Shown here: in pieces, positions 29,379 through 39,090 of the stretch
Numbering within the stretch: position 1 is the first letter of the stretch
How the letters are laid out: every line of letters begins with the position of its first letter
Virus record (IMG/VR): IMGVR_UViG_3300044695_006747
Location: 96,001 to 160,000 of that record
Strand: one strand, 5' to 3'
Length of the DNA: 64,000 nucleotides
DNA from: a virus
Position numbers and translations under genes: made by a program
The notes under the pieces: generated by a model
What the model was told of the DNA's origin: nothing
Database searches by the model: none
Seen by the model: the letters and a program-made list of their open reading frames with translations, nothing else

Positions 29379-30740
29379 TTATTGATTAATTTTTAAGAAA
29401 ATTTCTAAATCTTCTGGTGTTCCTAAACCATACATGTTTTTAATATGATAAGTTCTAATCTTTTTATTATCCTGTATAGCTTCATTAAATACGGGACAAA
29501 CATAGAATTCATTATTTATACGAATATTTTTCTCTATCATTTGTTGTGCGTAGCGAACGAAATCTTTTCCTTTATTCCAATAATATATGCCAACAGTAGC
29601 TATATTAGATATTGGTTTTTTTTCTGCTACTTCGTTTACAAGATTATGTTCATCTAGTTTAACGAAAGACCATTTAGGGTGTGTTGATTCAAAAGTTAAT
29701 ATGCAACCATCCAGACTAGAATTTTCCATAGTATACATAAAATCATTACTATTCCAATCTATATATTGATCAGAATTAGCTATTAGTAGAGGATCATTTG
29801 TATTTATTAAATCTTTTGTCAGTAATACTGTGCAGGCAGCGCCTTCTGTGATGTGATCAACACAGATAATTTTGCAGTTGGGCGCAATAAGATTGAGTAA
29901 GTATTTTAAATTAAAGTCTTCATAATGTTTTTGTTGAACAATAAAAATATAGTTAGCATCTATATTGATATTATCAACAATTCTTTTTATCATTGGTTCG
30001 CCATTAACATCTATTAGTGGCTTTGGAAAAGTATATCCAGCTTTCTCAAACCTAGAAGCTGCACCAGCCATTGGTATAACTATATTTAGTTTATCGTTAG
30101 ACCATTTATTAGATATGGCTATTTTATTCATAGTATTAACTTTATTTATTAGTGAACTATTTATATCTTTAGTTCTTTTGACTTTTATAACAAAAGCTCC
30201 ACTATTCTCTGCCGCCTGTATTCCTAATGGCGAATCTTCTACAATAATAGTTTCTTTTGGGCAAACTCTTGCAGATATCATACATTTAAGATAAATTTCT
30301 GATGATGGTTTTGCAAGCATTACATCCTCATTCGAGTAGAATATATCAATATACTTTATATATCCTGTATAATACAGTGCAGATTTTACGGTTTCTCTTA
30401 TACTATTTGACGCTACTGCTATTATTGCTCCAGATTCCTTTAGTTGTTTGAGCGTCTGAATAATATTGGGATCTCCCTGTAAATTTTCTATATATTTTGA
30501 TGTTTTTTTCTGTTTATTTAACCATATAGTATTATAGGAATTTTCTGGTAGTCCTTTATTTTTAGTCAGTAGTTTTAGTTTATCGAATGTTTTCATTCCA
30601 TCATATAAGGATATGTGTTCTTCATATGATATGATAAAAGATTTATCAAATTCACTTATTGCTTCATTAAGAACATTGAAATGCATGTCTTTCATATCTA
30701 CAAGCACTCCATCTAGATCAAAAATAATTAGTTTAATCAT
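29379..30740 (-). CDS. HAD phosphatase fused to NTP-transferase domain
   Basis: FDLDGVL, KP, VEDS; then IVIPMAGAASRF, ANSDQ, EKK, GLGTPED. Confidence 0.88.
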   Translation of the reverse strand: MIKLIIFDLDGVLVDMKDMHFNVLNEAISEFDKSFIISYEEHISLYDGMKTFDKLKLLTKNKGLPENSYNTIWLNKQKKTSKYIENLQGDPNIIQTLKQLKESGAIIAVASNSIRETVKSALYYTGYIKYIDIFYSNEDVMLAKPSSEIYLKCMISARVCPKETIIVEDSPLGIQAAENSGAFVIKVKRTKDINSSLINKVNTMNKIAISNKWSNDKLNIVIPMAGAASRFEKAGYTFPKPLIDVNGEPMIKRIVDNINIDANYIFIVQQKHYEDFNLKYLLNLIAPNCKIICVDHITEGAACTVLLTKDLINTNDPLLIANSDQYIDWNSNDFMYTMENSSLDGCILTFESTHPKWSFVKLDEHNLVNEVAEKKPISNIATVGIYYWNKGKDFVRYAQQMIEKNIRINNEFYVCPVFNEAIQDNKKIRTYHIKNMYGLGTPEDLEIFLKINQ

Positions 30741-31188
30741 ATGTATATTCTTTTATATAGTCACTACATATTCCATATGAATTTAATAATTCTTGTTTAG
30801 AATAAAAAGATATCTCTGGTAAAACACATACTGTCTTCTTGTTTAGTGACGATCCAGGATATGCCCAGCCTATGCTTTTGGAAGTTAATGTATATTTATC
30901 TTTTTCATGCCAAAAAAAATGTAGATCAGGATATTCATTTTGAATCTGTAATAAATAAAATAAACAATCAGAATTTTTACAATGTATCCATATATTGGGA
31001 TTGGTTAATAATTCTGAAGGCATATCGTATTTAGGCGAATCATGTCCCAACATTAGTTTATTATTTACAAACCATAAATCTATTTCAACATTATATTTTA
31101 GATTTAATGCATTATTGATATAGTTTGGATGATTTTCCTTACTAATATTTTTACCAGTAAGATTTCCTCGATGTGATATATATATCAT
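30733..31188 (-). CDS. PLC/GDPD-like phosphodiesterase-fold protein
   Basis: ISHRGN, VEIDLW, LGHD, WIHCK, GICSD. Confidence 0.7.
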   Translation of the reverse strand: MIYISHRGNLTGKNISKENHPNYINNALNLKYNVEIDLWFVNNKLMLGHDSPKYDMPSELLTNPNIWIHCKNSDCLFYLLQIQNEYPDLHFFWHEKDKYTLTSKSIGWAYPGSSLNKKTVCVLPEISFYSKQELLNSYGICSDYIKEYTYD

Positions 31189-31802
31189 ATTATTTTTGTA
31201 AAATATATTTTAGCTTGATTACCATATTGATCTATGGGATAAACATTAGTAATAGCAAATTGATTCAATTTAAGGAAATCTGTAGTCTCTGATAGAGAGT
31301 TTTGATTAAGGTATATTGCTTCGGGAATGATCGAAGCAATAAGACTTCCTTCGTGGACTAAGCTAATATATTTACCTAAACCATGCAAGATATCTAAATC
31401 GCTACCGTTAGCGTCTATATTCAGATAGTCTATACAGTTAATTTTTTCTTCAAGACTATCTATAAAAATATCTAGTCTAGTTACAGAAACTTTTGTGTGT
31501 TGTGTAACGATAAAATCGTTTCTTCCTGGCCATACATTCATACAATTATCAGAAAAATTCAATAAAGAACTTAAATTGTGATTATTTGTACCAGCGATAT
31601 TAAATTTTGATATAGCTTCATAATTAGATACTGCTTTTTGTATAGTATAGCAATTTTTAAGTTGATTATTTTTTATACGCTCATTTAGAGTTTCAATGAG
31701 TTGTTCTACTGGTTCAAAAAAATAAATCCTATCATTTTCTTCAAATATTTTATTACTAATATAGTTGGATTCTAAGCCAGTTCCAATATCAAATATAATC
31801 AT
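31185..31802 (-). CDS. FkbM-family methyltransferase
   Basis: FDIGTG, FFEP, AVSN, IDANGSD. Confidence 0.75.
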   Translation of the reverse strand: MIIFDIGTGLESNYISNKIFEENDRIYFFEPVEQLIETLNERIKNNQLKNCYTIQKAVSNYEAISKFNIAGTNNHNLSSLLNFSDNCMNVWPGRNDFIVTQHTKVSVTRLDIFIDSLEEKINCIDYLNIDANGSDLDILHGLGKYISLVHEGSLIASIIPEAIYLNQNSLSETTDFLKLNQFAITNVYPIDQYGNQAKIYFTKII

Positions 31803-32530
31803 TTTGGTAATAGATCATCAGATGTGTATGGGCTTCTATGATTGTTTGTGTGAAAATCTTCTGACGGAACCCATGTACCATCTATTGCCCCTATATTTTG
31901 AATTCTAGATATCAATGGTTTAATTTGATAAAAATTCATATTATCATTTTGAAATATGTTTTGATCAAGATAGGTGTCCCATGAAGAAGAGTTATTTTCT
32001 CTATTACAGTCTTGTGTCCAGTTTTCCTCAAAGACTTGAAATTTATGTTTCCAAAAAGCACATCCCCAACAAGTAAAATGTTTTTGTCTTAGCGTGTCTG
32101 ATATAGATAAGTTCTCTAGAGAGCTTGTTTTATTATATCCAGCAACGCTGATAATCTCTTTGTCGTCATGATATTTTTCTAAACATTCGATAAAAAAAGA
32201 GATACAATCTTTAGACAAAACAGTATCATCCTCTAAGTGTATAGTTGCATCATTTTCTTCTAAAGACATCAGTATTGCTTGTCTAGTATTTGCATTACAC
32301 CCAATAGAAGGATTATTTACTACATATTTAGTATTAATCCAGTCTATATTTTTAATCATACTAGGTATAGTATTATCAAAATAGTCTATAGAAATATACA
32401 GATTTGTTTTTGATATATTAATTTTACAAAATTCTATGCTAGCTAATAGACTATCTAATACTGTATCTAAATAGTCAGCTCTTTTATAGCATGTTAGAGA
32501 AATGCCTATTTTATTATTCTTGTATAACAT
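31799..32530 (-). CDS. GT-A fold (GT2-like) glycosyltransferase
   Basis: CYKRADY, HLEDD, CWGCAFW, SRIQNIG. Confidence 0.75.
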   Translation of the reverse strand: MLYKNNKIGISLTCYKRADYLDTVLDSLLASIEFCKINISKTNLYISIDYFDNTIPSMIKNIDWINTKYVVNNPSIGCNANTRQAILMSLEENDATIHLEDDTVLSKDCISFFIECLEKYHDDKEIISVAGYNKTSSLENLSISDTLRQKHFTCWGCAFWKHKFQVFEENWTQDCNRENNSSSWDTYLDQNIFQNDNMNFYQIKPLISRIQNIGAIDGTWVPSEDFHTNNHRSPYTSDDLLPK

Positions 32531-32972
32531 CTTTTAATGATTTTTTAGTAATATTCTTAAAATATTCTTCTCCATAATTAACAAATATTTCATCGCCAGT
32601 TTTAATTGGTTTTTTAGCGATAATATCTACATATAACTTAGGAAAATTAAAAGCCGTATCGGCATTATTTTCATCTTGATGATTATATATCATTCCATGT
32701 CCAGCAACCATAAAAAATAGAAATCCATGATTTTTGCATTCACTACAATCACACAAGGGTTTGGGATAACAGTATTTCCATACGGTTGGTTCTAATTGAT
32801 ATCTTGATCTATTCATTAGAGGTATTAATGGACATCTTTCTATAACCTCATGTTCCGATATGTCTGCAACTGCTACAACTCCTCTGCCGTCTATTGGTGA
32901 CATAAAACATTTGATTTTTGTAGATTGAAAATAATCAACAGAAATATCTTTTGAGGCAGTTTCTTTTTCCAT
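32514..32972 (-). CDS. SET-domain protein-lysine methyltransferase
   Basis: GRGVVA, IYNH, AKKPIKTGDEIFVNYG. Confidence 0.85.
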   Translation of the reverse strand: MEKETASKDISVDYFQSTKIKCFMSPIDGRGVVAVADISEHEVIERCPLIPLMNRSRYQLEPTVWKYCYPKPLCDCSECKNHGFLFFMVAGHGMIYNHQDENNADTAFNFPKLYVDIIAKKPIKTGDEIFVNYGEEYFKNITKKSLKDVIQE

Positions 32973-32984
32973 CTTTTTATACCT

Positions 32985-33518
32985 TTATATATTGAAAAAA
33001 TACCATCTATTATAGTTTTTTATATTATTATCTGAATTAATATAGTTTAAATAATACTTAATATCTTGCCAGTTAGAAAAAATCATTTCGTGAGGAATAG
33101 TTCCAAAAAGCCAATCTGGAGCAAATCTTTTTCCTTGTACCATATGTATTATAATAGGTTTCTTCTGTCTGTTTGCCCAAAAAATTTCTTCATAAGTGCC
33201 GCATGGATGCACTTCTAAATCTAAATTAACTATTAGAAAGTCACTAATGTCTACGAGTCTGAGATCAACAGATCTAATTGTTTTCATTAAATAAGAAAGC
33301 TCATCATATTTTTGATCGCTTTTAAGTTTAATTTTATACTCATGAGTTTTTTGGTCTTCTTGTCCGAGAACTGTTGGTTTTTTTATAGGATTAAAAACAA
33401 CAATTCCTAAATTTTCTAGAAATGGAGTAATATTATCTCTCCATCCATTTCCTCGATCAGCAACCCTGTCCATTGCTCCAGCCAAATATACTCTTTGATT
33501 TTTTAATCTACTATTCAT
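32985..33518 (-). CDS. Nucleoside 2-deoxyribosyltransferase-like protein
   Basis: VYLAGAM, DLRLVDISDFLIV, GTYEE. Confidence 0.75.
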   Translation of the reverse strand: MNSRLKNQRVYLAGAMDRVADRGNGWRDNITPFLENLGIVVFNPIKKPTVLGQEDQKTHEYKIKLKSDQKYDELSYLMKTIRSVDLRLVDISDFLIVNLDLEVHPCGTYEEIFWANRQKKPIIIHMVQGKRFAPDWLFGTIPHEMIFSNWQDIKYYLNYINSDNNIKNYNRWYFFNI

Positions 33519-33593
33519 GATTAGTAAATAAGACCTTTATAAATACCATATCCTATACTAAATAAAACTACATAGTAATATACATAATTTATT

Positions 33594-34163
33594 TCACTTG
33601 ACATAGATATACACAGGAATATCGATCCATATGTCCTCTATTAGATTCTCAATAAAATTCCAATTTCCCCCAGCTAATCCAGAACCAAATTTTGGAGCAT
33701 GGATTTCATATTTTATATCTTCAATATTATTTTTTGATAGAGATAAAATTTTATTTCTAATATCATTCATACAAAAAACCAATGAACCATAATTAAGAGG
33801 TCTATGATTTTTTGGATTAATAGTTCCATTTTGTGCGATCATATTACAAACAATAACTTTTGTTTTTGTCAAATTATTATTTGCTACATTTATATATTGT
33901 GTATGACCAAGAACAGACTTATTGCCAAGAAGATGAAAATTTTCTTTTACTATTGGAAATTTGTCGCCTATGTATTTGGCAAAACCCGCTCCAAATAGAT
34001 TTATATTATTACAAACATGAGGTATGAAAACAGTTGTTGGACTATTAGTTAAGCCAAGCCTGCTAATAGCAGACTCAACAATATCATTTTTTGTATATAT
34101 AAGCTTATTATTTTGTGTTTTCTTTTTTGTATAATTAATCATCACCATTTCTCCAAAGGACAT
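33594..34163 (-). CDS. Macrodomain (Poa1p/TARG1/DarG-like) ADP-ribosyl hydrolase
   Basis: HVCNNINLFGAGFA, PKFGSGLAGGNW. Confidence 0.8.
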   Translation of the reverse strand: MSFGEMVMINYTKKKTQNNKLIYTKNDIVESAISRLGLTNSPTTVFIPHVCNNINLFGAGFAKYIGDKFPIVKENFHLLGNKSVLGHTQYINVANNNLTKTKVIVCNMIAQNGTINPKNHRPLNYGSLVFCMNDIRNKILSLSKNNIEDIKYEIHAPKFGSGLAGGNWNFIENLIEDIWIDIPVYIYVK

Positions 34164-34378
34164 TTTTGATCAGCCCAAGCCAATTTATTTAAGAACACTT
34201 TTTTTCTTGATAAATTACATCCACAAACCAAACATTGGTTATTTTCAAACTTGTCGCATTTTATACATATATCATATCTTTTATTGATTAGATTCTGTGA
34301 ACTTTTTGGTAGTCCAGCCTGGATATGAAAATATAAAGACTTGAGAAAAGTTTTTATTCTACGAAATAGGGTTTTCAT
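34142..34378 (-). CDS. Small Cys-rich (Zn-binding) protein
   Basis: RYDICIKC...CLVCGC...CPLEKW. Confidence 0.7.
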   Translation of the reverse strand: MKTLFRRIKTFLKSLYFHIQAGLPKSSQNLINKRYDICIKCDKFENNQCLVCGCNLSRKKVFLNKLAWADQKCPLEKW

Positions 34379-34637
34379 AAATTGGTAAAAAATTATTATC
34401 GTTATTTATGTAATACAAAGAAACTGTTTTAACCACAGTATTAGCTTTTAACCATCTAACAAAACCATTCCTCATAGATATGCACAATCTAGATCCATCT
34501 TTTTTTATATCTGTAGTTATTAAGAATAACTCATCATTATAGAAAAAGGTTCTTCCGCTAGGTATTTCTTCAATATAGAAATCTCGATCCTGAATCAGAT
34601 TCCCAATCGTCCCATAGTTCTTGTGCTCTGAGTTCAT
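34359..34637 (-). CDS. Hypothetical protein
   Basis: 92-aa ORF in operon. Confidence 0.6.
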   Translation of the reverse strand: MNSEHKNYGTIGNLIQDRDFYIEEIPSGRTFFYNDELFLITTDIKKDGSRLCISMRNGFVRWLKANTVVKTVSLYYINNDNNFLPIYENPIS

Positions 34638-34773
34638 TTTTCTTAAGTTTATATTGTTTTTTTTGTTTATTCTGGGCGTACTGTTCTTCTGATATGTCTG
34701 TTTTTTTGTTTTTGGTGTTGTTTTCTACAACTTTTCTTTTTGGTTTTTTGTCTGGTTCTTCAAAGTGATTCAT
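34570..34773 (-). CDS. Small basic hypothetical protein
   Basis: First ORF after promoter at 34798-34825. Confidence 0.6.
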   Translation of the reverse strand: MNHFEEPDKKPKRKVVENNTKNKKTDISEEQYAQNKQKKQYKLKKNELRAQELWDDWESDSGSRFLY

Positions 34774-34797
34774 ACGATTATCCTATGCTTACGCTAT

Positions 34798-34825
34798 ATT
34801 ATAGTGATCAATCTGAAACAGTCAA
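34798..34825 (-). promoter_or_regulatory. Sigma70-like promoter TTGACT-N16-TATAAT
   Basis: Intergenic, upstream of ORF starting at 34773. Confidence 0.65.
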
Positions 34826-34882
34826 GGTTGTGAATTGAAAAATTTTTGGTTGACAGCATCACGAAATGCTCTTATAACTTAT

Positions 34883-35788
34883 TCAGAGTTGGCTTATTAC
34901 TGGTTGTATTAGTGGTACTTTACCGTTTAGTTTCTTGTTATGCTTATAGAAAATTTCTAAGAATTCTTTTCTGTTTTTCGGCTTACTTATACTATTAGTA
35001 TTACAAAAGTCTAGGTATAATGAAGCGCAACCAACAGCAAATGGATTAGACATACTAGTTCCACTCATTATTGAGTAGTTATTTTTCGGAACACAACTTA
35101 GTATATTCTCTCCTGGTGATAAAAAATCCAATTCTTCACCAAAGCATGTAAAATCAGAAATTTTTAAATCTTCATTTATTGAACCTATTGCTATTGTTTC
35201 CTCATATTTTGCTGGATACAAAATTGGGTGATCTAATCCCATGTTACCAGCAGCACAAAAAACTAAAACATTATTTTTAATAGCATATTTAATAGCAGAA
35301 TATACATCTCTTGAGTTTTCTATTGATCCTAAAGACATAGTGATAATGTCGCTGGCTCTATCAACAGCCCAGACTATTGCTTTTGCAACAATGTCGTTGT
35401 TACCATTGCCTTCTGCGTCTAATGCTTTTATTGGTAATATTTTTGTGTCAGGAGCTACTCCGACTATTCCTTTTTTATTATTTGACGCGGCTACTATTCC
35501 GGCCACATGAGTTCCATGACCATTATCATCTTCTGGATAATTTGAATTATCTATAAAATTATAACCTTGAATTAGATTATTTTTTATATCTTCATGATTA
35601 AGATCGCATCCAGTATCTATAACAGCAACTTTTATATTCTTACCAGTATATTGTGTCCAATTAGAATCTATATTAAATTTCACTATTTGCCAACCAAACA
35701 TTTGGCAAGAACTAGTATTTAAACCATATATTTTTTCTTCTTTATATGGTAATAATTTACAAAGATCTTTTTTATTTTTTTTTCTCAT
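34883..35788 (-). CDS. Subtilisin-like S8 peptidase
   Basis: VIDTG, HGTHVAG, GTSMS catalytic triad motifs. Confidence 0.93.
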   Translation of the reverse strand: MRKKNKKDLCKLLPYKEEKIYGLNTSSCQMFGWQIVKFNIDSNWTQYTGKNIKVAVIDTGCDLNHEDIKNNLIQGYNFIDNSNYPEDDNGHGTHVAGIVAASNNKKGIVGVAPDTKILPIKALDAEGNGNNDIVAKAIVWAVDRASDIITMSLGSIENSRDVYSAIKYAIKNNVLVFCAAGNMGLDHPILYPAKYEETIAIGSINEDLKISDFTCFGEELDFLSPGENILSCVPKNNYSIMSGTSMSNPFAVGCASLYLDFCNTNSISKPKNRKEFLEIFYKHNKKLNGKVPLIQPVISQL

Positions 35789-36786
35789 AGAATCTTAGAG
35801 GCTATCAAACAGCCTTTAGAAACAGCGTGTAAAGGATCACTAGAATGACAGACCTCTTTGACAACCAGTGGAAAATTATTTTGAGTAAGTTTTTCTGTAA
35901 ATTTTTCTATATAACCCTTTGCTTGAGAAGTACCTCCGGCTATAACAATTTTTAGAGGATTCTTAAATTTAGGTAATAATTTATGTCCTGTTAATGCTAC
36001 AGATAATTGTTTTGTTGTATAATCTATAAGTCTATCATAGTATGCGGAAACTGCCTCAAGCACAGGATTTTCATTCGGTTCACCGATTTTAAAATCGCCG
36101 CCCTCCTTTTCTGCTTGAACAACACTATCAGGCTCTCCGGTCGCTACAGCGCTCATACGATCAATCCAATCTCCAGACTTTGTGGTGCTGAATGTAACTG
36201 TTGGTTCACCATTCAACATTACGCAAACATTTGTCATACCAGCACCACAACTAATAGCGATTCCAGTATAATCCTCATTCTCTAATTCAGCATAACAAAG
36301 AGCTTCTGCTTCATTAATTGATCTTGCATCATAACCACATTCTGCTAATACTGTCTTAACTACGTCTTCGTGATACCCCACATCAAAATCTTCATCTTCT
36401 TGATCAACTGGTTGTGCTGGAACACAAAATACTAATTTTTCTCCTGCTTCTGATGCTGTTCCCGCAACTTCTTTTAGAATAAATGCTAATATTCTTTTGG
36501 CGTCTTTTTCTTTAGCAGACACGACGCCCCTGTACATTGGTCTTTTTGCTGTATCATTTCTTTCTACAGCTTTTTCTATAGCGTCTTTACCAAGAATAAT
36601 AAAAGATCCGTCTGTATCCTTGATAAAAACTTTACCAGACAATCCTTTTTCTATCATTTTCGTGGCTACGGGTGTTGTTGGTTTAATTACATAAAAAGCA
36701 TCTCTAAAATCTTTATATGCAATACCTCCATCAGTTTCGCTTGATAAAACAATAAAACTTGTACCAACATCTAAACCCTTTGCCAT
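35785..36786 (-). CDS. Actin-fold ATPase (MreB/ParM/MamK superfamily)
   Basis: GLDVGTS, INEAEA, CGAGMTN, IAGGTS, DPLHAVSKG. Confidence 0.8.
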   Translation of the reverse strand: MAKGLDVGTSFIVLSSETDGGIAYKDFRDAFYVIKPTTPVATKMIEKGLSGKVFIKDTDGSFIILGKDAIEKAVERNDTAKRPMYRGVVSAKEKDAKRILAFILKEVAGTASEAGEKLVFCVPAQPVDQEDEDFDVGYHEDVVKTVLAECGYDARSINEAEALCYAELENEDYTGIAISCGAGMTNVCVMLNGEPTVTFSTTKSGDWIDRMSAVATGEPDSVVQAEKEGGDFKIGEPNENPVLEAVSAYYDRLIDYTTKQLSVALTGHKLLPKFKNPLKIVIAGGTSQAKGYIEKFTEKLTQNNFPLVVKEVCHSSDPLHAVSKGCLIASKIL

Positions 36787-36789
36787 AAT

Positions 36790-37092
36790 TTATCCTTTCA
36801 TGTTTTTTAGTTTATTTACTGCATCAGAAATATTTTCTTCTGATTTTTTGGTTGTTGATATTGTATCAAATTTTTTCTCAATACCTTTGGTATCTATAGC
36901 AACAACATATTTCTTATCATCTATACTAATTGCAGCAACCTTCTTCTCCAAGGATTTACTACTATTATTCTTCACAGAATATGTTGGCTCACTAGACATA
37001 TTTATAGTAAAAATTTTACCTAAAATATATCCAACAATTAAACTTAATATATTAATATATATTAGTATATGATAGATTAAATTTTCTGTCAT
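36790..37092 (-). CDS. Membrane-anchored hypothetical protein
   Basis: N-terminal TM; directly upstream of actin-like gene. Confidence 0.65.
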   Translation of the reverse strand: MTENLIYHILIYINILSLIVGYILGKIFTINMSSEPTYSVKNNSSKSLEKKVAAISIDDKKYVVAIDTKGIEKKFDTISTTKKSEENISDAVNKLKNMKG

Positions 37093-37098
37093 TGGTCA

Positions 37099-37407
37099 TT
37101 ATTTTTGAGGTTTGAGTATATACTTACTATAGTATACACTACAATCTTCGACTACATTAATATTCCAGCTTTTGTAGTCCATAAAGTGACCAAATACAAT
37201 ATGACAAGGATCTGAACACAGAGTAATTAAATTGCTTGGATCTAACTCTCTGTCTGGATTAAGATGCACAGGCTCAATATGATGAACCTCAACGTTTTTT
37301 GACCTTCCGCAAGCCGCACATTTAGGATTTTGTTGTAGATGTTGTTTCCTAATCTTGGGCCATTTGCTTGATCTTGTAGCATATCTTATATTGAATATGC
37401 CAAACAT
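37099..37407 (-). CDS. Small HNH endonuclease
   Basis: CAACG, VHHIEP, NLITLCSDPCH. Confidence 0.8.
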   Translation of the reverse strand: MFGIFNIRYATRSSKWPKIRKQHLQQNPKCAACGRSKNVEVHHIEPVHLNPDRELDPSNLITLCSDPCHIVFGHFMDYKSWNINVVEDCSVYYSKYILKPQK

Positions 37408-37773
37408 TTATTTTAAAATATCTAAATATTTTGTTTTATTTTTATATCCTATAATTTTTTTTATCTGTTTACCTTTAGATATTATTCTTGTATCTGGAAT
37501 AATTGATACATTATTTTCTATTTTTAATTTTTGATTATTTTCAATATCTATTATACATATAATTTTATTTTCAATATTCATAGTTTCTAAATCTTTTTTT
37601 AATATTTCACAATAAGAACATTTTTCTGAACTAAAAATTAGTAATATATCATGATCTATTTGTTTTTGAAGAACAACAGCTTCTTCCAGACTATTTACAT
37701 ATACTGGAGGATGTGCGTGTGTGATAGTTGATAAACAAAATAAGTATACAAAACCTAAAAAATATTTTCTCAT
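37408..37773 (-). CDS. Exported thioredoxin-fold protein
   Basis: Signal-like N-terminus, CSYC, IIPDT. Confidence 0.75.
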   Translation of the reverse strand: MRKYFLGFVYLFCLSTITHAHPPVYVNSLEEAVVLQKQIDHDILLIFSSEKCSYCEILKKDLETMNIENKIICIIDIENNQKLKIENNVSIIPDTRIISKGKQIKKIIGYKNKTKYLDILK

Positions 37774-38708
37774 AGTGATCCTATAACCCTTCCTTTGGTT
37801 GTACGATTAACAAATCCTTTTCTAACAAGATATGGCTCTATACTATTTTCGATTGTTTCTATTGCTATGCCAGTGATGGATGAAATAGATTTTAATCCTA
37901 ATGGGGATCCTTTAGACTTTTTAAGAACATCAATATACATTCTATCGTAAATATCTAGTCCTAATTTGTCAATTCCTTGTACTTCAAAAATTTTGTCTAT
38001 ACTAGTTTCGGTTGGATTGCACAATTTATAGTTTTTATACCATTGTAGTCTAGCATTTAAAATTCTTGGAGTGCCTTTGCTTCTTTTAGCAATTTCCAAA
38101 AGGTCTTGATCGTCTATGACTATTCCCAACTTATTAGCATTCAATCCTGCTAGTTTAGCTAGATCATTGTCGCTATAAAAAGATAGATGTTCTTTGATTT
38201 GAAAACGATCATAAAATGGTTGACTTAAACTACCACCGCTAGTTGTCGCTCCCACCAAAGTAAATGCTGGAATTTCAATTTCTTCTGGTTCTGTTTCTAG
38301 AACTATATTTACTACAAAATCTTCCATTACAGGATACAAAAATTCTTCTACAATTTTTGGCAATCTGTGAATTTCGTCAATAAATAGTACTGATCGCTTT
38401 GTCATTCTCAGTAGATATGGTAAAACGCTTTTAACACTTCTTAAATTTGCCGCATTAGCAGTATACAAATTAACATTTAATTCAGACGCAATAGCACTTG
38501 CTATTGTTGTTTTTCCAAGACCCGGAGGACCGTCGATTAAAACGTGAGGAAGTATTGTTTCTTCGTCTTTAGCACCGGCTATAGATACTCTAAGTCTAGA
38601 GATAACATCTCCCTGTCCAATAATTTCATCAAAGGTTGTTGGTCTAATTTTATTTGACATATTTTCTCCAATTAGTCTGTTTCGGGTTTTTCTTCTTCTT
38701 TTATCCAA
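37770..38708 (-). CDS. ruvB: Holliday junction branch migration ATPase RuvB (probable start MSNKIRP)
   Basis: RPTTFDEIIGQ, GPPGLGKTT, DEIHRL, GATT, DRF, GTPR, IEPYL. Confidence 0.93.
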   Translation of the reverse strand: MDKRRRKTRNRLIGENMSNKIRPTTFDEIIGQGDVISRLRVSIAGAKDEETILPHVLIDGPPGLGKTTIASAIASELNVNLYTANAANLRSVKSVLPYLLRMTKRSVLFIDEIHRLPKIVEEFLYPVMEDFVVNIVLETEPEEIEIPAFTLVGATTSGGSLSQPFYDRFQIKEHLSFYSDNDLAKLAGLNANKLGIVIDDQDLLEIAKRSKGTPRILNARLQWYKNYKLCNPTETSIDKIFEVQGIDKLGLDIYDRMYIDVLKKSKGSPLGLKSISSITGIAIETIENSIEPYLVRKGFVNRTTKGRVIGSL

Positions 38709-39082
38709 AATACAAAATCATTCGCTTCATCGTCAAAAGCTGTTTCTATCAGTCCTTTTTGCACCAAACCACTAACTATATTGCTGACCATCCTATCATT
38801 CAGGCGATATATTATATCGGCAAAAATAGAATCATTTATCGTGTATCGTATTTGATTTGTTTTTTTGTTTTTTTGTTTCTTAACCAGTTCTTTGATAATG
38901 ACCAATGATTCTTGATGAGATAATATCTTATCTAGTTCTTCCTGTTCGCTTTCAACAACATCATCTATTAAGATATCTAAATTATCTGGATTGTTCCAGA
39001 CTCCAAAATTATTGTAAACTATGGCTCTGGCTTTATCTGTAAAATTGTCTAAATCTGGAACTACAAACCATGTTTCACTCAT
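38672..39082 (-). CDS. Hypothetical protein
   Basis: 136-aa ORF; C-terminal AFDDEANDFVFW resembles AWDDELNEMVFW of 59041-59421. Confidence 0.7.
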   Translation of the reverse strand: MSETWFVVPDLDNFTDKARAIVYNNFGVWNNPDNLDILIDDVVESEQEELDKILSHQESLVIIKELVKKQKNKKTNQIRYTINDSIFADIIYRLNDRMVSNIVSGLVQKGLIETAFDDEANDFVFWIKEEEKPETD

Positions 39083-39090
39083 CTTGATTT

